From assembly GCA_963666565.1 (NCBI GenBank), contig OY762911.1, forward strand, positions 4,416,001 through 4,480,000: a stretch of 64,000 nucleotides of DNA. The letters are read 5' to 3'. The notes beneath the pieces are model-generated. The model was not told where the DNA came from, ran no database searches, and saw only the letters and a program-made list of their open reading frames with translations. A program made the translations under genes and the position numbers. Positions 45,655-55,601 of the stretch are shown here, piece by piece; the first letter of the stretch is position 1; each line of letters starts with the position of its first letter. Origin of the DNA: Thermoanaerobaculia bacterium. Lineage in GTDB: Bacteria; Acidobacteriota; Thermoanaerobaculia; Multivoradales; Multivoraceae.

Positions 45655-47328
45655 CTACGGACCCAGGCGTTCGATCTCGTAGACCGCTCGGCCGGACACG
45701 TCGCGGTGCCGGAGGACGATTCGCGGGCGGTCTTCGATCCAGTCGACGTCGACGCTGAGGAAGCCGCCGCCGACGCGGTGGAAGCGGTGGTAGTCGCGGT
45801 CTTCGCCCGGGGTGCCGCCGGCGTGGGCGTCGCTGGCCGGGCCGACTGAGAACTCGTGCAGGCCGGTTTCGGGATGCACGGAGTGGTACTGCCAGTGGCG
45901 GTCGCCGACGATGACGAGGAAGCGGTCGTCCAGGTTGACGCGGAACCACTCGCGGACGGCGTCGCCTTCGTGGCTGAAGGCGGCGTTGGCGTGGTTGTCG
46001 GCCTTGTTGCCGCGGTCGGGCCCGACGATGGGCGTCGGCGAGACGAGGACCTTCCAGTCGGCGTCGCTGGCGAGCAGGGATTCGCGCAGCCAGCGCCACT
46101 GTTCGGCGCCCCAGATGGTCTTGCCGGGACCGTCGGGCATGTCGTTGGGCGAGCGGAAGTCGCGGCCCTCGACCAGCCACAGTTGCAGGCCCTTGCCCCA
46201 GCGGACGGTGCGGTAGGGGCGTTCGGGCGACGGCGTCTGCTCTGCGAACACCGCGAGACCCTCGTCGAACGTCATCGGCGCGGAGATGCCGGGTTCGATT
46301 CCCGGCCAGGAGTCGTTGCGCAGGAGGTCGTGGTCGTCCTTGAGCCAGTAGCCGGGCACGGATCGCAGGAAGGAAGCGATTGCCGGCAGAGTGAACATCC
46401 GCTGCCAGTGGTAGCGCGCCAGTTCCACCGACGTCGCGCGCGGCGACTCGTTGTCGTAGTAGACGTTGTCGCCGATGGACAGGTAGAAGTCGGGCCTGCC
46501 GCTCGCCATCGAGGGGTAGATGCTGAAGCCGTCCGGGCGGTCCCGCCGGCCGTAGTACTGGCAGGTCATCGCCGTGAAGCGCACCGGCCTCCGCTGGTCC
46601 GGCCCCGGCGCGGTGCGGAACGTCGCGGTCTCGACCGCGGTCGCGGGCGCGACCGCGTCGCCGCCCGTCGCTGCGCCGCCGACCGCCGAGGACGCCGCAT
46701 CCGCCGCAGGCCGCGCCTCCACGGTCGCCAGGTAGACGGTGTCGGGGACGAGGCTGCCGAACGCGACCTGAAGCGTGAAATCGCGTAGCGGGTCGGTGGG
46801 TTGCCAGCCACCCGTGCCGACTTGCGTGGGCCGATTCGAACTGGCCGACCCCGGCGCCGTGGCTTGGAACGGTCTCTCGCCGACGCCATCGGTGCCGGCG
46901 GCCCCGTTCAACGGCCGAAGGACAACCCGCACTTCGCCCGGCGCGCCCGCCACGGCGCCTTCGAGGCTCGACGCGTCCACGCCCGGCGCCAGCATCACGA
47001 CCGGGCGGCCCGAGATCTCCAGCCCGGAGCGCCGCGCCGGCTCGGCCGTCGTCCGTGTCCAGACGATCGCCGAGTCCGCGCCGACTTCTCCCACGCGTAC
47101 GCCGCTTGCCAGGAAGACTCCGCCAGCCTGCGCCTCGACTGCCGACGCACCCGGGCCACCGACCGCCAGAGCCAGGAGGGCCGCCCCGGCGAGAGTCGAG
47201 CGACGACGTGAACCCGGCCAGAACGGCGTGGCCGCCCCCACGCCCGGGCCGGCCCCCGCGAGAGCCACGAGAGCCGCCGCGCCGAGAGACCAGCGGTTAC
47301 AGAGGCCCGGCCGGACCGGCCTTCCCAC
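45655..47328 (-). CDS. phoD: alkaline phosphatase D family protein; start approximate
   Basis: SAIVWTR, FRTAP, IGDNVYYD, DDHD, GRDFRS, WGAEQWRWL, GDRH. Confidence 0.85.
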   Translation of the reverse strand: MGRPVRPGLCNRWSLGAAALVALAGAGPGVGAATPFWPGSRRRSTLAGAALLALAVGGPGASAVEAQAGGVFLASGVRVGEVGADSAIVWTRTTAEPARRSGLEISGRPVVMLAPGVDASSLEGAVAGAPGEVRVVLRPLNGAAGTDGVGERPFQATAPGSASSNRPTQVGTGGWQPTDPLRDFTLQVAFGSLVPDTVYLATVEARPAADAASSAVGGAATGGDAVAPATAVETATFRTAPGPDQRRPVRFTAMTCQYYGRRDRPDGFSIYPSMASGRPDFYLSIGDNVYYDNESPRATSVELARYHWQRMFTLPAIASFLRSVPGYWLKDDHDLLRNDSWPGIEPGISAPMTFDEGLAVFAEQTPSPERPYRTVRWGKGLQLWLVEGRDFRSPNDMPDGPGKTIWGAEQWRWLRESLLASDADWKVLVSPTPIVGPDRGNKADNHANAAFSHEGDAVREWFRVNLDDRFLVIVGDRHWQYHSVHPETGLHEFSVGPASDAHAGGTPGEDRDYHRFHRVGGGFLSVDVDWIEDRPRIVLRHRDVSGRAVYEIERLGP

Positions 47329-47372
47329 TGCGGCGAAGCGCCCAAGCGGTACCCGCGAGGTCTCCTCCCCTC

Positions 47373-48140
47373 CTAACCGCAGCCCAACGCTCCGCCGTCG
47401 ACGGTGAAGGTCTGGCCCGTGGTCCACGAGCCGGCGCGCGAGGCGAGGTAGACGGCGATGCCGGCGCAGTCCACCGGCTCGCCCAGCCGCCGCAGCGGGG
47501 TTCTCGCCGCCACCGCCTTCTCGCGCTCCGGGTCCTCCCACAGCGCGCGGGCGAAGTCCGTCTTGACCAGGCCCGGACAGACCGAGTTGACCCGGATGTT
47601 GTCGGGGCCGAACTCGGCGGCGAGGTTGCGCGCGAGCTGCATGTCGGCGGCCTTCGAGATCGCGTAGGCGCCGATCACCGAGTTGCCCCGAAAGCCGCCG
47701 ACCGAGGACACGATGACGATCGACCCGTCCTTGCGCTCCTGCATCTCGGGGATCACCATCTGGCACAGCCAGTGGACGCTTCGGATGTTCACCTCCATGA
47801 CCTTGTCCCAGGCCGAATCGGGAATGCCGAGGCTCGATCCGTAGTACGGGTTGACCGCCGCGTTGACGACCAGGTTGTCGATCTTCCCCCAGCGCTCGCG
47901 GGTGGCGGCGACCAGCCGTTCCAACTGGTCCTTGTGGCCGACGTGGCACGGGTGCGCCATCGCCTCGCCGCCCTTCTCGTTGATCGCGGCCGCAACCGCC
48001 TCGCAGGCATCCGCCTTGCGGCTCGAGATGACCACCTTCGAGCCGAAGGCAGCGAGCGCTTCGGCCATCGCCCTGCCGATGCCCTTCGTCGATCCGGTGA
48101 TGACGCTCACCTTGCCGGTGAGGTCGAAGAGGTCCTTCAT
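47373..48140 (-). CDS. SDR family oxidoreductase
   Basis: TGSTKGIG, VNAA, YAISK, NSVCPG. Confidence 0.93.
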   Translation of the reverse strand: MKDLFDLTGKVSVITGSTKGIGRAMAEALAAFGSKVVISSRKADACEAVAAAINEKGGEAMAHPCHVGHKDQLERLVAATRERWGKIDNLVVNAAVNPYYGSSLGIPDSAWDKVMEVNIRSVHWLCQMVIPEMQERKDGSIVIVSSVGGFRGNSVIGAYAISKAADMQLARNLAAEFGPDNIRVNSVCPGLVKTDFARALWEDPEREKAVAARTPLRRLGEPVDCAGIAVYLASRAGSWTTGQTFTVDGGALGCG

Positions 48141-48243
48141 TTGTCCGTTCTCCTTGTTGCCGCAGTGGCGGCCGGGTCTCGTTGATTCCTGGGAAGGCGG
48201 CGAAGGCTACCAGCCCGCCGCGCGCTGCTACAGTGCCGCCGCG

Positions 48244-49407
48244 ATGGCCGAACCGCAGCCTGGAGCCGCGAACCCGGACGATCCGATTCCCATGCGGGTC
48301 GGAATGACCGCGCCCGAGGCGTTCCCGGCCGCCGAGATGGCCGAAGCGGCCGGCCGCGCGATCCTCGACATCGGCAAGGACTTCGCCTTCTATCCCGGCG
48401 ACCTCGGTCATCCCCGTCTGCGCGAGGTGCTCGCCCGACGAGAAGCGGACCGCGAGGGCGTCGACTTCGACCCCGACGAGATCGCCCTGACCAACGGCTC
48501 GATGCAGGCGGTGACCCTCGTCGGCCGGGCGCTGATGGAGCGGCCGGGCGACACGGTCGTCACCGAGGAGACGACTTACTCCGGCACGTTGGGCGCCTAC
48601 CGCGGACTCGGCTACCGGCTCCTCGGCGTGCCGGTCGACGAACGCGGCATGGACATCGGCGAACTGCGCCGGACGCTGGAGCGCCTGGCCGCGGCTGGCC
48701 GCAAGCCGCGCTTCATCTACACCCTGCCGACCTACCACAACCCGACCGGCGCCGTGATGCCGCGCGAGCGCCGACTCCGCATGATCGAGGTCGCGCGCGA
48801 GTTCGACGTGCTCCTGGTCGAGGACAACTGCTACGCCGACGTCCACTACGACGACGCGCCCCGGCCGCCGCAGTCGCTCTACGCGCTGGCGCGGGGCGAG
48901 GGCGTCGTCTACATCGGCTCGCTGTCGAAGATCCTCGGCGCCGGCGTGCGGATCGGCTACTTCGTCGCCAGGCAGCCGCTCCTGCAGCGTTTCCTCGACC
49001 GGCGCTTCGACGCCGGCCAGAGTACGCTCTCGTCGAGCATCGTCGCCGAACTGCTGCGAGGCCGCCTGCCAGCCCAGATCGAGCGCAACAACGCCGCCCT
49101 GCTGCCGAAGCGGGATGCGCTGCTGGCCGCGCTGGAACGCGAGCTCGGAGGCGTCTGCACCTGGCGTAAACCGGCAGGGGCGATGTTCCTGTGGGTCGGC
49201 CTGCCGCACGACGTGGATCGCGAGGCGCTGTTCGCACTGGCCGAGCGCCGAAGCCTTGAGTACGGCTACGGCGCCGCCTACCACGCCAGCGGCGAAGACG
49301 TACCGTTCCTCCGCCTCGCCTACGCCTGTCCCTCCGCCGCCCGGATTCGCGAAGGCGTCGAGCGGCTGGCCGGGTGCCTGCGGGAGCTGGTGCCGGCGAG
49401 GTTCTGA
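48244..49407 (+). CDS. PLP-dependent aminotransferase class I/II
   Basis: TNGSMQA, HNPTG, EDNCY, GSLSKILGAGVRIGY, LRLAY. Confidence 0.9.
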   Translation: MAEPQPGAANPDDPIPMRVGMTAPEAFPAAEMAEAAGRAILDIGKDFAFYPGDLGHPRLREVLARREADREGVDFDPDEIALTNGSMQAVTLVGRALMERPGDTVVTEETTYSGTLGAYRGLGYRLLGVPVDERGMDIGELRRTLERLAAAGRKPRFIYTLPTYHNPTGAVMPRERRLRMIEVAREFDVLLVEDNCYADVHYDDAPRPPQSLYALARGEGVVYIGSLSKILGAGVRIGYFVARQPLLQRFLDRRFDAGQSTLSSSIVAELLRGRLPAQIERNNAALLPKRDALLAALERELGGVCTWRKPAGAMFLWVGLPHDVDREALFALAERRSLEYGYGAAYHASGEDVPFLRLAYACPSAARIREGVERLAGCLRELVPARF

Positions 49408-49447
49408 CGCGAGCCCCGCTCTCGCATCGTGGCACTTGACTGCATGC

Positions 49448-49480
49448 CACAATCGTGACACTTTCGTGCACACGATTGTG
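49448..49480. promoter_or_regulatory. inverted-repeat operator upstream of the Phd-PIN operon
   Basis: CACAATCGTG-N13-CACGATTGTG perfect inverted repeat 20 nt before the ATG; TTGACT at 49436. Confidence 0.7.
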
Positions 49481-49500
49481 AACCACCAAAGGCACGGCCG

Positions 49501-49788
49501 ATGAACTTCGTCAGTATTCGCGACTAGCGCACCCGCTCCGCAGCGGTCTGGGAATCGCTGGCCGAAGCGAAGGATCTCGTGGTCACCTCCAACGGCAAGC
49601 CGGTCGCGGTCCTTTCCGCCGCGGGCCCGTCCACCCTCGACTCGACGCTGGCTGCCCTCCGGCAAGCCCGGGCGCAACTGGCCGTGGTCGAGATGCAGCG
49701 CCGCGCCAGGAAGGCTGGCCTCGACCGATGGCGCCTCGACGAAGTCAACGCCGAGATCGAGGAGGCGCGGCGGCAACTCCGGGCGTGA
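49501..49788 (+). pseudogene. Phd/YefM antitoxin with in-frame TAG at codon 9
   Basis: MNFVSIRD*RTRSAAVW..DLVVTSNGKPVAVL. Confidence 0.8.
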
Positions 49789-50195
49789 GAGTCGTCGTCG
49801 ATACGAACGTCCTCGTATCCGGCCTGCTCTCGCCCTTCGGGCCGCCCGGCGCCATCGTCCGGCTGATCGCGGCAGGCCGGCTCCAACTCTGCTACGACGC
49901 CCGGATTCTGGCGGAGTACGCCGAGGTGCTGCGCCGGCCCGCCTTCCCCTTCGCGGACGGGGACATCGACGCCCTGCTTCTCCAGATTGAAGCCGCAGGC
50001 GAACTGACCGCTCCCAACCCGCTGCCGGACCGGCTCCCCGACCCTTGCGACGAGCCCTTTCTGGAGGTGGCGGTCTCCGCCTTGGCGGACTTGCTCGTCA
50101 CCGGCAACGTGAAGCACTTTCCGGCCGCCGGCAGGCAGGGCGCGCGGGTCGTTTCTCCCCGCGAGTTCGTAGATTCCGGCCTCAGGCGTCTCTAG
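49785..50195 (+). CDS. PIN-domain toxin
   Basis: GTGA overlap; VRVVVDTNVLVSG, EYAEVL, DPCDEPFL, LVTGN.KHF. Confidence 0.9.
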   Translation: MRVVVDTNVLVSGLLSPFGPPGAIVRLIAAGRLQLCYDARILAEYAEVLRRPAFPFADGDIDALLLQIEAAGELTAPNPLPDRLPDPCDEPFLEVAVSALADLLVTGNVKHFPAAGRQGARVVSPREFVDSGLRRL

Positions 50196-51574
50196 TCCAC
50201 GTAGCCAAGCGCCCTCAGCCGCCGGCGCACGTCCTCGTCGAGCTGGTCGTCCTCGATCTCTTCGGCGGATTCGACTTCGTCGGCCAGGTTCCGTTCGGCC
50301 AGCAGGGCGAGCATCCGTTCCACGATGTCCGGCCGCTCGGCGGCCAGGTTCTCCAGTTCGCCGGGATCCGCATCCAGGTCGAAGAGCATCGGCGCATCGC
50401 CCTGGGAGGGTGACTGCGGCAGCACGAGCTTGTAGCGGCCGCGGATCACCGAAGCGGCGCGGTGCCCGTCCAGGTCCAGGTGAACGTACACGTCGATCGG
50501 ACCGCTGCCGCGACGACGCTTCGCCAGCAGATCGCGCCCATCCGTGGCCGGGGCCTCGATGCCCATGTACGCGAGCAGGGTCGGCAGCAGATCGATGTGC
50601 TGGGCCGGCGCCTCTATCCGCCGGGGCGCCACCCCGGGCAGGCGCATGATGAAGGGTACACGCAGCGCCTCCTCGTAGAGAGACTTGCCGTGCTCCCAGC
50701 GGCCATGTTCAGCGAACTCCTCGCCGTGGTCCGAGACGTGGATCACGGCCGTGTCGTCCATCAGTCCGCGGGACTCCAGTTCGTCGAGCAGCACACCGAA
50801 GGCGTGATCGTTCTGCGCCACCTCCGCGTCGTAGAGCCGGGAGAGAGCTTCGGCGGTTCCCGGATCGGGCTCCACTTCGCGGCGATTCAACTGCCGCATG
50901 TAGCGCCGCGTACGGTAGCGGTCGGGCGCGCCGCCAGCGTCCAGTCTGTTCGTGAACTCGGGCAGCGGGTTGTAAGGCCCGTGAGGGTCGGCTGCGAGCA
51001 AGAAGAGGAAGAACGGCCCACCGGCATCCTCCCGGTCATCGAGCCAGAGCCGGACCCAGTCGATCATCGCCCCGTCGCGGCCGGGGTCCGCGGCCCGGAA
51101 GTGAGTGAAGCCCTGGGCGAAGCCAAAGGAGCGGCCGGCGTTCGGGTTACGGACGAGTCCCATGCCCACGTAACCGTTGGCCGCCAGGATCTCGGCCAGG
51201 GTCACGGCTCCTTCGGGGAGCACCGAACGGCGGCCGACCGCCCGGTGCGCCGGCGGGAGCAGTCCGGTGAACATGGACGCCACCGAGGGCCGGGTCCAGG
51301 AGGATTGCGCCCAGGCGTTCTCGAACACGACCCCTTCCTCCGCGAACGCGTCGAGGCGCGGCGAAGTCGGCTTGTCGTAGCCGTAGACGCCGAGGCGATC
51401 GGCGCGGACCGTGTCTACAACGTAGAGGACGACATTGGGGCGGCGCGGCGGAGCGCGGTCGGCCGGGGAGCCGCCGCAACCGACCGCGGCCGCCAACAAC
51501 AACGAGCAGGCACCGGCCAGACCCAGACGTCTGGGGTGCGACCAAGGGCCGATCCAGCGGCCAGCGAACCGCAC
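50192..51574 (-). CDS. sulfatase-like hydrolase
   Basis: PNVVLYVVDTVRAD, SSWTRPSVASMFTG, DPHGPY, SDHGEEF, RLRALGY. Confidence 0.85.
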   Translation of the reverse strand: MRFAGRWIGPWSHPRRLGLAGACSLLLAAAVGCGGSPADRAPPRRPNVVLYVVDTVRADRLGVYGYDKPTSPRLDAFAEEGVVFENAWAQSSWTRPSVASMFTGLLPPAHRAVGRRSVLPEGAVTLAEILAANGYVGMGLVRNPNAGRSFGFAQGFTHFRAADPGRDGAMIDWVRLWLDDREDAGGPFFLFLLAADPHGPYNPLPEFTNRLDAGGAPDRYRTRRYMRQLNRREVEPDPGTAEALSRLYDAEVAQNDHAFGVLLDELESRGLMDDTAVIHVSDHGEEFAEHGRWEHGKSLYEEALRVPFIMRLPGVAPRRIEAPAQHIDLLPTLLAYMGIEAPATDGRDLLAKRRRGSGPIDVYVHLDLDGHRAASVIRGRYKLVLPQSPSQGDAPMLFDLDADPGELENLAAERPDIVERMLALLAERNLADEVESAEEIEDDQLDEDVRRRLRALGYVD

Positions 51575-51617
51575 GTCGAGACGATAGCAGGTTCCGGCCT
51601 GTTACCCTCCGCCCGCC

Positions 51618-52352
51618 ATGAACTCGACAACCGCGCTCGCTTCCCCGTTGACGGCCGGTCTCGCGCTCGTGACCGGACTGGTCGGCGTGCTCGGCGCCCG
51701 CTTCGACCTGATCGCTCCCGTCGCGGGCTTCGGCCTGTTCGCCTTCCTGATGCCCCTCGGCGCCGTGCTCGCCCTGCTCCTCGGCCTGATCGGCCTGCTC
51801 CGCACGCGGCCCAGTCAGCGTCGCGGGGGCTCTTCGCAGGCCTGGGGCGGCGTCCTCCTCTCGACGGCGATCGTCGGCTGGGTCTTCGTGCTCAGCTACG
51901 GCACGACCGAGGCGCCGCCGATCCACGACATCACCACGAACATCGACGATCCGCCGACCTTCGTCGCGGCCGCTTCGGAGGACAGTCGCGGCCAGGGCTT
52001 CGCCTACCCGAGCGGCGGCGCCGCCGTTCCCGCTCAGCAACGGCAGGCCTATCCCGACCTGAAGACGCATCGCCTCGACATCTCGCCCGAAGAGGCGTTG
52101 TGGCGCGCTCAACACACCGCGCACGATCTGGCCTGGGAACCGGTCCGGGTCGACGTGGCCGCCGGCAGCCTCGAGTTCGCGGACGCCACGCCCTGGTTCC
52201 GGTTCGTCGACTTCGTCTCGGTTCGGGTCCGGGCCGAGGGGACCGGCGCGGCCGTCGACGTGCGCTCCGTGTCCCAGGTCGGAGTCGGCGACCTGGGCGA
52301 GAACGCGGATCGCATTCGCCGGTTCCTGGACCGCCTCGGCCACGCCCACTGA
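51618..52352 (+). CDS. DUF1499 domain membrane protein
   Basis: 3 TM; PPIHDITT, QRQAYPDL, VDVRSVS.VG.GDLGENA.RI. Confidence 0.85.
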   Translation: MNSTTALASPLTAGLALVTGLVGVLGARFDLIAPVAGFGLFAFLMPLGAVLALLLGLIGLLRTRPSQRRGGSSQAWGGVLLSTAIVGWVFVLSYGTTEAPPIHDITTNIDDPPTFVAAASEDSRGQGFAYPSGGAAVPAQQRQAYPDLKTHRLDISPEEALWRAQHTAHDLAWEPVRVDVAAGSLEFADATPWFRFVDFVSVRVRAEGTGAAVDVRSVSQVGVGDLGENADRIRRFLDRLGHAH

Positions 52353-52422
52353 TACCGCTCCGCTCCGCGCAGCTTCCCAACGCAAACACACCGGCGCGCC
52401 CGCGCCAGGAGACACCACCGAC

Positions 52423-54513
52423 ATGACCCCACTCACCGACATGGTCGACTACGAAGTCCGCGGCCGGATCGCCCTGATCGTGATCGACAACCCGCCCGTC
52501 AACGCGCTCAGCCATGGCGTGCGCGCCGGCATGGTCGAGGGACTGGCGAAGGCCGAGGCCGACGAGAATGTCGCCGCGGTGCTCCTGGTCTGCAAGGGCC
52601 GCACCTTCATCGCCGGCGCCGACATCACCGAGTTCGGCAAGCCGATGAAGGAACCGGGTCTCAACGAGGCGATCGAGGCCATGGAGCACGCGACCAAGCC
52701 GGTTGTGGCGTCGATTCACGGCACCGCGCTCGGCGGCGGCCTGGAGACGGCGATGGCCTGCCACTACCGGGTCGGCGTGGCGTCGGCACGGTTCGGCCAG
52801 CCCGAAGTGAAGCTCGGGATTCTGCCCGGCGCCGGCGGCACGCAGCGGTTGCCGCGCCTGGTCGGCTACCCGAAGGCGCTCGAGATGTGCGTCATGGGCA
52901 ACCCCATCGGCGCAAAGGAGGCGCTCGAAGGCGGCCTGATCGACGAGATCGTGGACGACGTGTTCGAGGGCGGCGTCGCTTTCGCCGAAAAGCTGATCGC
53001 GGAAGACCGCCCGCTCAGGAAGATCCGCGACCTGGAGGAGAAGGTCGACGAGGCGCGCGCCAACCGCAAGGAGATCTTCGACGGCTTCCGCCGCAAGATC
53101 GCCCGCCGCACGCGCGGCTTCGAGGCGCCCGAAGCGAACGTGCGAGCGATCGAGGCCGGGCTCGACATGTCCTTCGACGAAGCGCTCGACAACGAGCGGA
53201 AGCTGTTCGGGGAGCTCATGGCCGGCAAGCAGTCGATCGCCCAGCGCTACTACTTCTTCGCCGAGCGCCAGGCAGCCAAGGTGCCCGACGTACCGCGCGA
53301 CACCCAGATGCGCAAGATCGAGAAGGTCGGCGTCCTCGGCTGCGGCACGATGGGCGGGGGCATCTCGATGAACTTCGCCAACCGCGGCATCGGCGTGACG
53401 ATCGTCGAGGCCGAGCAGAGCCGGCTCGACCACGGCTTCGGCGTCATCCGCAAGAACTACGAGCGAACCGCCAGCCGCGGCCGGATGACGATGGAACAGG
53501 TCGACCGGTGCATGGGCCTGCTCGACGGCGTGACCGACCGCGAAGCGCTGGCCGACTGCGACCTGGTGATCGAGGCCGTGTTCGAGAACATGGATCTGAA
53601 GAAGGAGATCTTCGCCAGCCTCGACCGGATCGTGAAGCCGGGCGCCATCCTCGCCACGAACACCTCGGCGCTCGACGTGAACGAGATCGCCGCCGCCACC
53701 AGCCGTCCCGAGGACGTGATCGGCATGCACTTCTTCTCGCCGGCCAACATCATGCGCCTGCTGGAGGTCGTGCGCGGCGAGAAGACGGCGAAGGACGTGA
53801 TCCACACCTCGATGACGATCTCCAAGCAGATCGGCAAGGTGCCGGTGCTGGTCGGCGTCTGCCGCGGGTTCGTCGGAAACCGGATCCTCTTCCAGCGCCA
53901 GCAGCAGGCGCAGGCGATCATCCTCCAGGGCGCGAAGTACCACGACGTGGACCGCGTCCTCTACGACTTCGGCTTCCCGATGGGACCGTTCGCGATGAGC
54001 GACCTGGCCGGCCTCGACATCGGCTGGAACGAGAAGGAGTCGGCGTCCCGCGACATCCGCGAGATCCTTTGCGAATCCGGCCGGCGCGGCCAGAAGAACG
54101 GCCGCGGTTACTACGTCTACGACCCGGAGACGCGCGCCTCCGCGCCGGACCCCGAGGTCGAGAAGATCGTCAGCGACTTCGGCTCGGCCAACGGCATCGA
54201 GCAGCGCGAAGTCGGCGAGGACGAGATCCTCGAACGCTGCCTCTACCCGATGGTCAACGAGGGCGCGAAGATCCTGGAGGAGGGCATCGCGATCCGGCCG
54301 TCCGACATCGACGTGATCTGGGTCAACGGTTACGGCTGGCCGGTCTACCGGGGCGGTCCCATGCACTGGGGCGACAGCGTGGGCCTCGGCAAGGTCGCCG
54401 GCCGGATGCGGGAGTTCGCGGCCGAGAGCGGCGACGACTTCTGGCAGCCCTCGGCGCTGCTGGCGGAGCTGGCCGACGCCGGCAAGAGCTTCAGCGACTG
54501 GAGAGCCGGCTGA
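52423..54513 (+). CDS. bifunctional enoyl-CoA hydratase/3-hydroxyacyl-CoA dehydrogenase
   Basis: [48 protein letters not shown]. Confidence 0.93.
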   Translation: MTPLTDMVDYEVRGRIALIVIDNPPVNALSHGVRAGMVEGLAKAEADENVAAVLLVCKGRTFIAGADITEFGKPMKEPGLNEAIEAMEHATKPVVASIHGTALGGGLETAMACHYRVGVASARFGQPEVKLGILPGAGGTQRLPRLVGYPKALEMCVMGNPIGAKEALEGGLIDEIVDDVFEGGVAFAEKLIAEDRPLRKIRDLEEKVDEARANRKEIFDGFRRKIARRTRGFEAPEANVRAIEAGLDMSFDEALDNERKLFGELMAGKQSIAQRYYFFAERQAAKVPDVPRDTQMRKIEKVGVLGCGTMGGGISMNFANRGIGVTIVEAEQSRLDHGFGVIRKNYERTASRGRMTMEQVDRCMGLLDGVTDREALADCDLVIEAVFENMDLKKEIFASLDRIVKPGAILATNTSALDVNEIAAATSRPEDVIGMHFFSPANIMRLLEVVRGEKTAKDVIHTSMTISKQIGKVPVLVGVCRGFVGNRILFQRQQQAQAIILQGAKYHDVDRVLYDFGFPMGPFAMSDLAGLDIGWNEKESASRDIREILCESGRRGQKNGRGYYVYDPETRASAPDPEVEKIVSDFGSANGIEQREVGEDEILERCLYPMVNEGAKILEEGIAIRPSDIDVIWVNGYGWPVYRGGPMHWGDSVGLGKVAGRMREFAAESGDDFWQPSALLAELADAGKSFSDWRAG

Positions 54514-55475
54514 AGGAGACCCGCATCGAGATCGGGCTGACCCCCTGGGTCGACTACCTGGGCGACGAGGCGGGGCGGATCGCCGAACAGGCCGAGTTCG
54601 CCGACCGGCTCGGCTTCCACTCGCTGTTCCTGCCGGAGAGCCACTTCAGCGGCGCCGCGTCGTGCCCGTCGCCCCTGGTCGTCCTCGCCGCCGCCGCCGC
54701 GCGAACGACGAACCTGAGACTCGGCACGACCTCGTACCTGCTGCCGGTCCGCAACGCCTTCCAGGCGGCCGAGGAGGTCGCGGTGCTCGACCGCCTCTCG
54801 AACGGACGGGTCATCCTCGGCTTGGGCCGCGGCTTCCGCCCGGCGCTGTTCGCGGCCTTCGGGGTCGATCCGCGGACGAAGCGGCAACGCTTCCTGGAGT
54901 CCCTCGACCTGATGAAGCGGGCCTGGGCCGGCGAGGCGATCGAGGTCGGCGAAGGGGACGCGCGCCGGCCGATCCGGCTGGCGCCGCTCCCGGTGCAGCA
55001 GCCCCACCCCGAACTTTGGGTCGCCGCCTTCGGCCCGCTGGCGCTCAAGCAGGCCGGCTCGCTGGGCCTGCCCTACCTGTCGTCGCCGCTGGAGACGATC
55101 CAGCGGCTGGAGGCGAACCACGCGGTGCATCGGGACGCGCTTCCGGACGGCGCGCCGCGGCCCATCGTGCCGGTCATGCGCACGGTGTTCGTGTCCGAGG
55201 ATCCCTCCACATGCGAGCGGGTTCGCTCCGCGCTCGTCGCCCAGGCGGTCCGCATGGCGCGTTCCGGCAGCCGGCTGGTCCCGGAGGAGCAGCTTCTGGA
55301 TGTCGAGAACTGGGCCTTGGTGGGCGATCTCGCACGAGTCCGCGACGGTCTCGACCGTTACCGGGAACTGCTCGGCATGACCCACGTCATCGCCCGCTGC
55401 GGCGTTCCCGGCGCGGCGCCCGAGGAGGTCGAGCGGAGCCTGCGCCTGCTGGCGACGCTGGCGGCGCAGGCCTGA
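54510..55475 (+). CDS. LLM class flavin-dependent oxidoreductase; start uncertain
   Basis: LGFHSLFLPESHF, LDRLSNGRVILGLGRG, PVQQPHP. Confidence 0.85.
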   Translation: MKETRIEIGLTPWVDYLGDEAGRIAEQAEFADRLGFHSLFLPESHFSGAASCPSPLVVLAAAAARTTNLRLGTTSYLLPVRNAFQAAEEVAVLDRLSNGRVILGLGRGFRPALFAAFGVDPRTKRQRFLESLDLMKRAWAGEAIEVGEGDARRPIRLAPLPVQQPHPELWVAAFGPLALKQAGSLGLPYLSSPLETIQRLEANHAVHRDALPDGAPRPIVPVMRTVFVSEDPSTCERVRSALVAQAVRMARSGSRLVPEEQLLDVENWALVGDLARVRDGLDRYRELLGMTHVIARCGVPGAAPEEVERSLRLLATLAAQA

Positions 55476-55476
55476 C

Positions 55477-55537
55477 GGCCGGCACGTGTTTCTGGCCGCC
55501 TGCGACGGCAGCGGGTCGGGAAGACCCGGACACCCAG
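55477..55537 (-). repeat. REP-like element (degenerate, intergenic)
   Basis: GGCCGGCACGTG..GCCGCCTGCGACGGC-A-GCGGGTCGGGAAGACCCGGACACCCAG. Confidence 0.85.
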
Positions 55538-55601
55538 TGGGCGGGGGTGTAGAGTGAGCGGCCCGTTCGAACGACATCTCCGCATCGACCCTGGAGAGAA
55601 C

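Noticed and set aside
46795-46890. Possible further palindromic element in phoD (GGTGGGTTGCCAGCCACC)
   Set aside because: Single occurrence with a short stem; not distinguishable from chance at this GC content.
26994-49527. Stop-codon reassignment or pyrrolysine
   Set aside because: The two internal stops are different codons, TAG terminates many genes here, and TAA scarcity is expected at this GC content.
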